From assembly GCA_045047305.1 (NCBI GenBank), contig JASFYO010000044.1, positions 1-18,358 on the forward strand: 18,358 bases of DNA. Direction: 5' to 3'. Shown in pieces: positions 16,024-18,358 of the stretch (position 1 is the first letter of the stretch; each line of letters starts with the position of its first letter). Source of the stretch: Planctomycetota bacterium (GTDB taxonomy: Bacteria; Planctomycetota; UBA1135). Both the position numbers and the translations under genes were made by a program. A model generated the notes under the pieces. That model was not told the DNA's origin. It searched no databases and was given only the letters and a program-made list of their open reading frames with translations.

Positions 16024-16824
16024 ATGAAAGCTACGCTTGCCCCCCTACTCCTTCTTCTCACCGCCACTTCTTGCTCGATTACCTTTGGCAGCTGGGGCGA
16101 GAAAGTGACCGCAAATTCGCAACTCTATTTTGAGCCTGCTGCAGGAGCCACCACGCTTAGCATCGACTCCTTTAATGGCAGCGTCGAATTAGTTGCAGCA
16201 GAAGCCGGTTCCAACTTGGAGGGCGAATCCGTCATCCACGCTCGCGGACGCAGTGTAGAAGATGCTCGTGAGCGCCTAAGCACCATGGAGTGGCAGTTCA
16301 CCCAAAATGGGGATACCGTCAACTTGTTTCTCACCAGACCGGAAGGCGGTTCCAATAATGCTGGCGGCAAGATCGATGCACTGAGAGTGCCTGCTGACTA
16401 CAACATCACCATCCATGTGAGCAACGGCCACGTCACGGTTCCATCAGGTTTCAAAAACATTCACATTGATACCAGCAATGGTGCCGTAACCGTCGACGGC
16501 GGCAAAAACATCTATGTGGACACCTCCAACGGCCGGATTCACTACAGCGGCAGCTCGCAAGATTTTGAGCTCGAGACCTCGAATGGCCGGATCGAGATCG
16601 AACTAGATGGGGATTGGAGTGGCCAAGGCGCCGCAAGCTCCTCCAATGGCCGCATTACCGTGCGCTGTAACGGCATCATCGATGCCCGACTTCGCACCTC
16701 GACCAGTAATGGCAAACCAACGGTTTATGGCCCGGACCTCAATCAAACCACCGGTAGCGGCAAGCTGGACCTTAAAACCAGCAATGGCAATATCTCGGTC
16801 ACGCACGCCTTCGCCGACGAGTAA
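16024..16824 (+). CDS. DUF4097/adhesin-like beta-strand repeat lipoprotein
   Basis: Start at ATG 16024 (MKATLAPLLLLLTATSC, lipobox). Seven x[TSV]SNG repeat turns plus DSFNG. Confidence 0.78.
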   Translation: MKATLAPLLLLLTATSCSITFGSWGEKVTANSQLYFEPAAGATTLSIDSFNGSVELVAAEAGSNLEGESVIHARGRSVEDARERLSTMEWQFTQNGDTVNLFLTRPEGGSNNAGGKIDALRVPADYNITIHVSNGHVTVPSGFKNIHIDTSNGAVTVDGGKNIYVDTSNGRIHYSGSSQDFELETSNGRIEIELDGDWSGQGAASSSNGRITVRCNGIIDARLRTSTSNGKPTVYGPDLNQTTGSGKLDLKTSNGNISVTHAFADE

Positions 16825-16835
16825 AATCACGGGCA

Positions 16836-17612
16836 GTGATTCTGCCTACCCCGCATTCGCTCGCCACCGCCGTGGCTACGCTCGACGACCTTCGCCTTCA
16901 GGGAGGTCTCATCTTACTGGTTGGCCTCGCCGGAGGTTTTTTGCCTTTATTGACCGAGTGGAACGAACGCAAACTGCACAATGCGCTCGCTCTTTCCACC
17001 GGAATATTTTTAGGCGCAGTCTTTCTACATATGTTGCCGGCCCTGCCGCACGCGATTCCACAGGGCGACGATGGCATGTTGCTGTGGTCCTTTGTTTTGA
17101 TTGGAGTACTCGGGGTTTATCTGCTTGAGTCCCTCGTATTCCGCACCCATGATCACGATGATCTGCACCGCCATAAAGCTGTCGGCTATGCATCGATGGC
17201 AGGTTTATCCATCCATGCCTTAACCACGGGGGTCGGTTTGGCTGCAGCATCCGTTGCGCATGTTGCAACTCCCGTGTTTGTCGCCATCATCGCGCATAAA
17301 GCATTCGAAGCATTTTCATTAATGTCGGTGTTCAAATTGGCTCGCTTCCCGAAAAGGCGCACGCTCGGATTTATCTTCGCATTTGCATGCCTGACACCTT
17401 TGGGGATTTGGGCTGGGAACACCATGTTTCATACCTTGGGGGAATCTGGGCTCGCCATCGCCATGGCGCTGGCTGCTGGAACCTTCTTGTTTGTGTGTTT
17501 GAGTGAGCTCCTCCCAGAAGTTTTCCACCACAAAGAGGACATCCTGCTCAAAATCCTCCTGCTTTTCCTAGGCATTGGTGTCATGGCTGGGATTCATGGC
17601 TTAGAGGGCTAG
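16836..17612 (+). CDS. ZIP-family divalent metal transporter
   Basis: ALSTGIFLGAVFLHMLP, His-rich loop HDHDDLHRH, LSIHALTTG, IIAHKAFE, LTPLG and AAGTFLFVCLSELLPE. GTG start. Confidence 0.9.
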   Translation: MILPTPHSLATAVATLDDLRLQGGLILLVGLAGGFLPLLTEWNERKLHNALALSTGIFLGAVFLHMLPALPHAIPQGDDGMLLWSFVLIGVLGVYLLESLVFRTHDHDDLHRHKAVGYASMAGLSIHALTTGVGLAAASVAHVATPVFVAIIAHKAFEAFSLMSVFKLARFPKRRTLGFIFAFACLTPLGIWAGNTMFHTLGESGLAIAMALAAGTFLFVCLSELLPEVFHHKEDILLKILLLFLGIGVMAGIHGLEG

Positions 17613-17615
17613 GTA

Positions 17616-18358
17616 ATGCTGGACTTCCTTCAATCCTGGTGGGCGGCAATCTGGGGCATACTCGCAGAGTCCGGGCCGTGGTTATTAGGTGGATTTCTGA
17701 TTGCGGGCCTACTGAACACCTTAATCCCCAAAGAAAAAGTGTTCCGACACTTTGGCGGGAATAACTTCATATCCGTATTTAAGGCTGCTGTGTTTGGAGC
17801 ACCGCTTCCACTCTGTTCCTGCTCGGTGATCCCAACTGCAGCCGGCTTGCGCGATGCAGGAGCAAGTAAAGGCGCTACCACCTCTTTCTTAATCGCAACT
17901 CCAGAGACTGGCGTAGATTCCATCGGCATCACATGGGCTTTGATGGATCCATTGATGACCCTCTTGCGCCCATTGTCAGCCATCCTCACTGCCATCTGCT
18001 CTGGCGTCATGGTGAATCGGTTTGCACCGGACCTTCCGGACGACGTTGAGAAGACTGAAAACAATGCTATTGAGAAGCCTTGTTGCGCTTCCGAGGATCC
18101 TCTAAAACCTGCGATGGGAGAGCGCTTGCTTGGCGCAGTGCGCTATGCATTCGGCAAGTTAATGTCCGATTTAACACCATGGTTCTTGCTTGGTTTTTTG
18201 ATCTCTGGATTGATTACGGTTTTGGTTCCAGACGATTTCTTTGGCGAGACCTTGCCATCAGGTTGGCTTTCCATGTTGGCCATGTTGGTCGTCAGCATGC
18301 CTATGTACATATGCGCAACGGCAAGCACACCAGTAGCCGCAGCCATGATTGCCAAAGG
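17616..18358 (+). CDS. SO_0444/ArsP_1 (DUF318) family permease, putative Cu/Zn efflux; 3'-truncated by the window end
   Basis: Not in the ORF track because it has no stop in the window. Manual translation from ATG 17616 gives MLDFLQSWW...ESGPWLLGG...GAPLPLCSCSVIP...GASKGATTSFLIATPETGVDS...KPCCAS...PMYICATASTPVAAAMIAK. Confidence 0.88.
   Translation, partial: MLDFLQSWWAAIWGILAESGPWLLGGFLIAGLLNTLIPKEKVFRHFGGNNFISVFKAAVFGAPLPLCSCSVIPTAAGLRDAGASKGATTSFLIATPETGVDSIGITWALMDPLMTLLRPLSAILTAICSGVMVNRFAPDLPDDVEKTENNAIEKPCCASEDPLKPAMGERLLGAVRYAFGKLMSDLTPWFLLGFLISGLITVLVPDDFFGETLPSGWLSMLAMLVVSMPMYICATASTPVAAAMIAK

Noticed and set aside
16410..16800. Repeated acc(agc/tcc/tcg)aa(t/c)gg motifs as a DNA repeat or CRISPR array
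   Set aside because: These are degenerate codons of the protein-level TSNG beta-repeat, with no identical repeats or spacers.
17630..18355. Minus-strand ORFs 17630..18064 and 18143..18355, and the many other short overlapping or antisense ORFs in the track
   Set aside because: They are shadows of well-supported genes on the other strand or frame, with no recognisable motifs.

Overview
Bacterial chromosomal window (standard code; TGA is a normal stop in several genes). The core is a roughly 10.4-kb nitrite/NO respiration module. A sigma54 enhancer-binding NO sensor (norR, minus strand) is divergent from a tightly packed operon: norC (extra C-terminal heme c domain), norB, norQ, norD, nirK (C-terminal cytochrome c fusion), nirV-like, sco, norE and norF. 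The operon is preceded by three GT-N7-AC NorR boxes and a -24/-12 sigma54 promoter. Just downstream of norR is an AhpC/Prx1 peroxiredoxin that the ORF track truncates: it has an in-frame TGA exactly at the peroxidatic Cys (PKDFTFV-U-PSE), a candidate SECIS hairpin, and no resolving Cys, so it is a probable selenoprotein. Flanking genes encode an aspartyl protease-PDZ lipoprotein, a hypothetical TraB/Tiki-like lipoprotein, a patatin, a PduO-type adenosyltransferase, purine nucleoside phosphorylase, a DUF4097-like lipoprotein, a ZIP transporter and a truncated SO_0444/ArsP-like permease. Several genes show a TAnnnT-N6-ATG arrangement that suggests leaderless transcripts. No RNA genes, CRISPR arrays or mobile elements were recognised. 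All assignments come from motif recognition by eye; no database searches were run.
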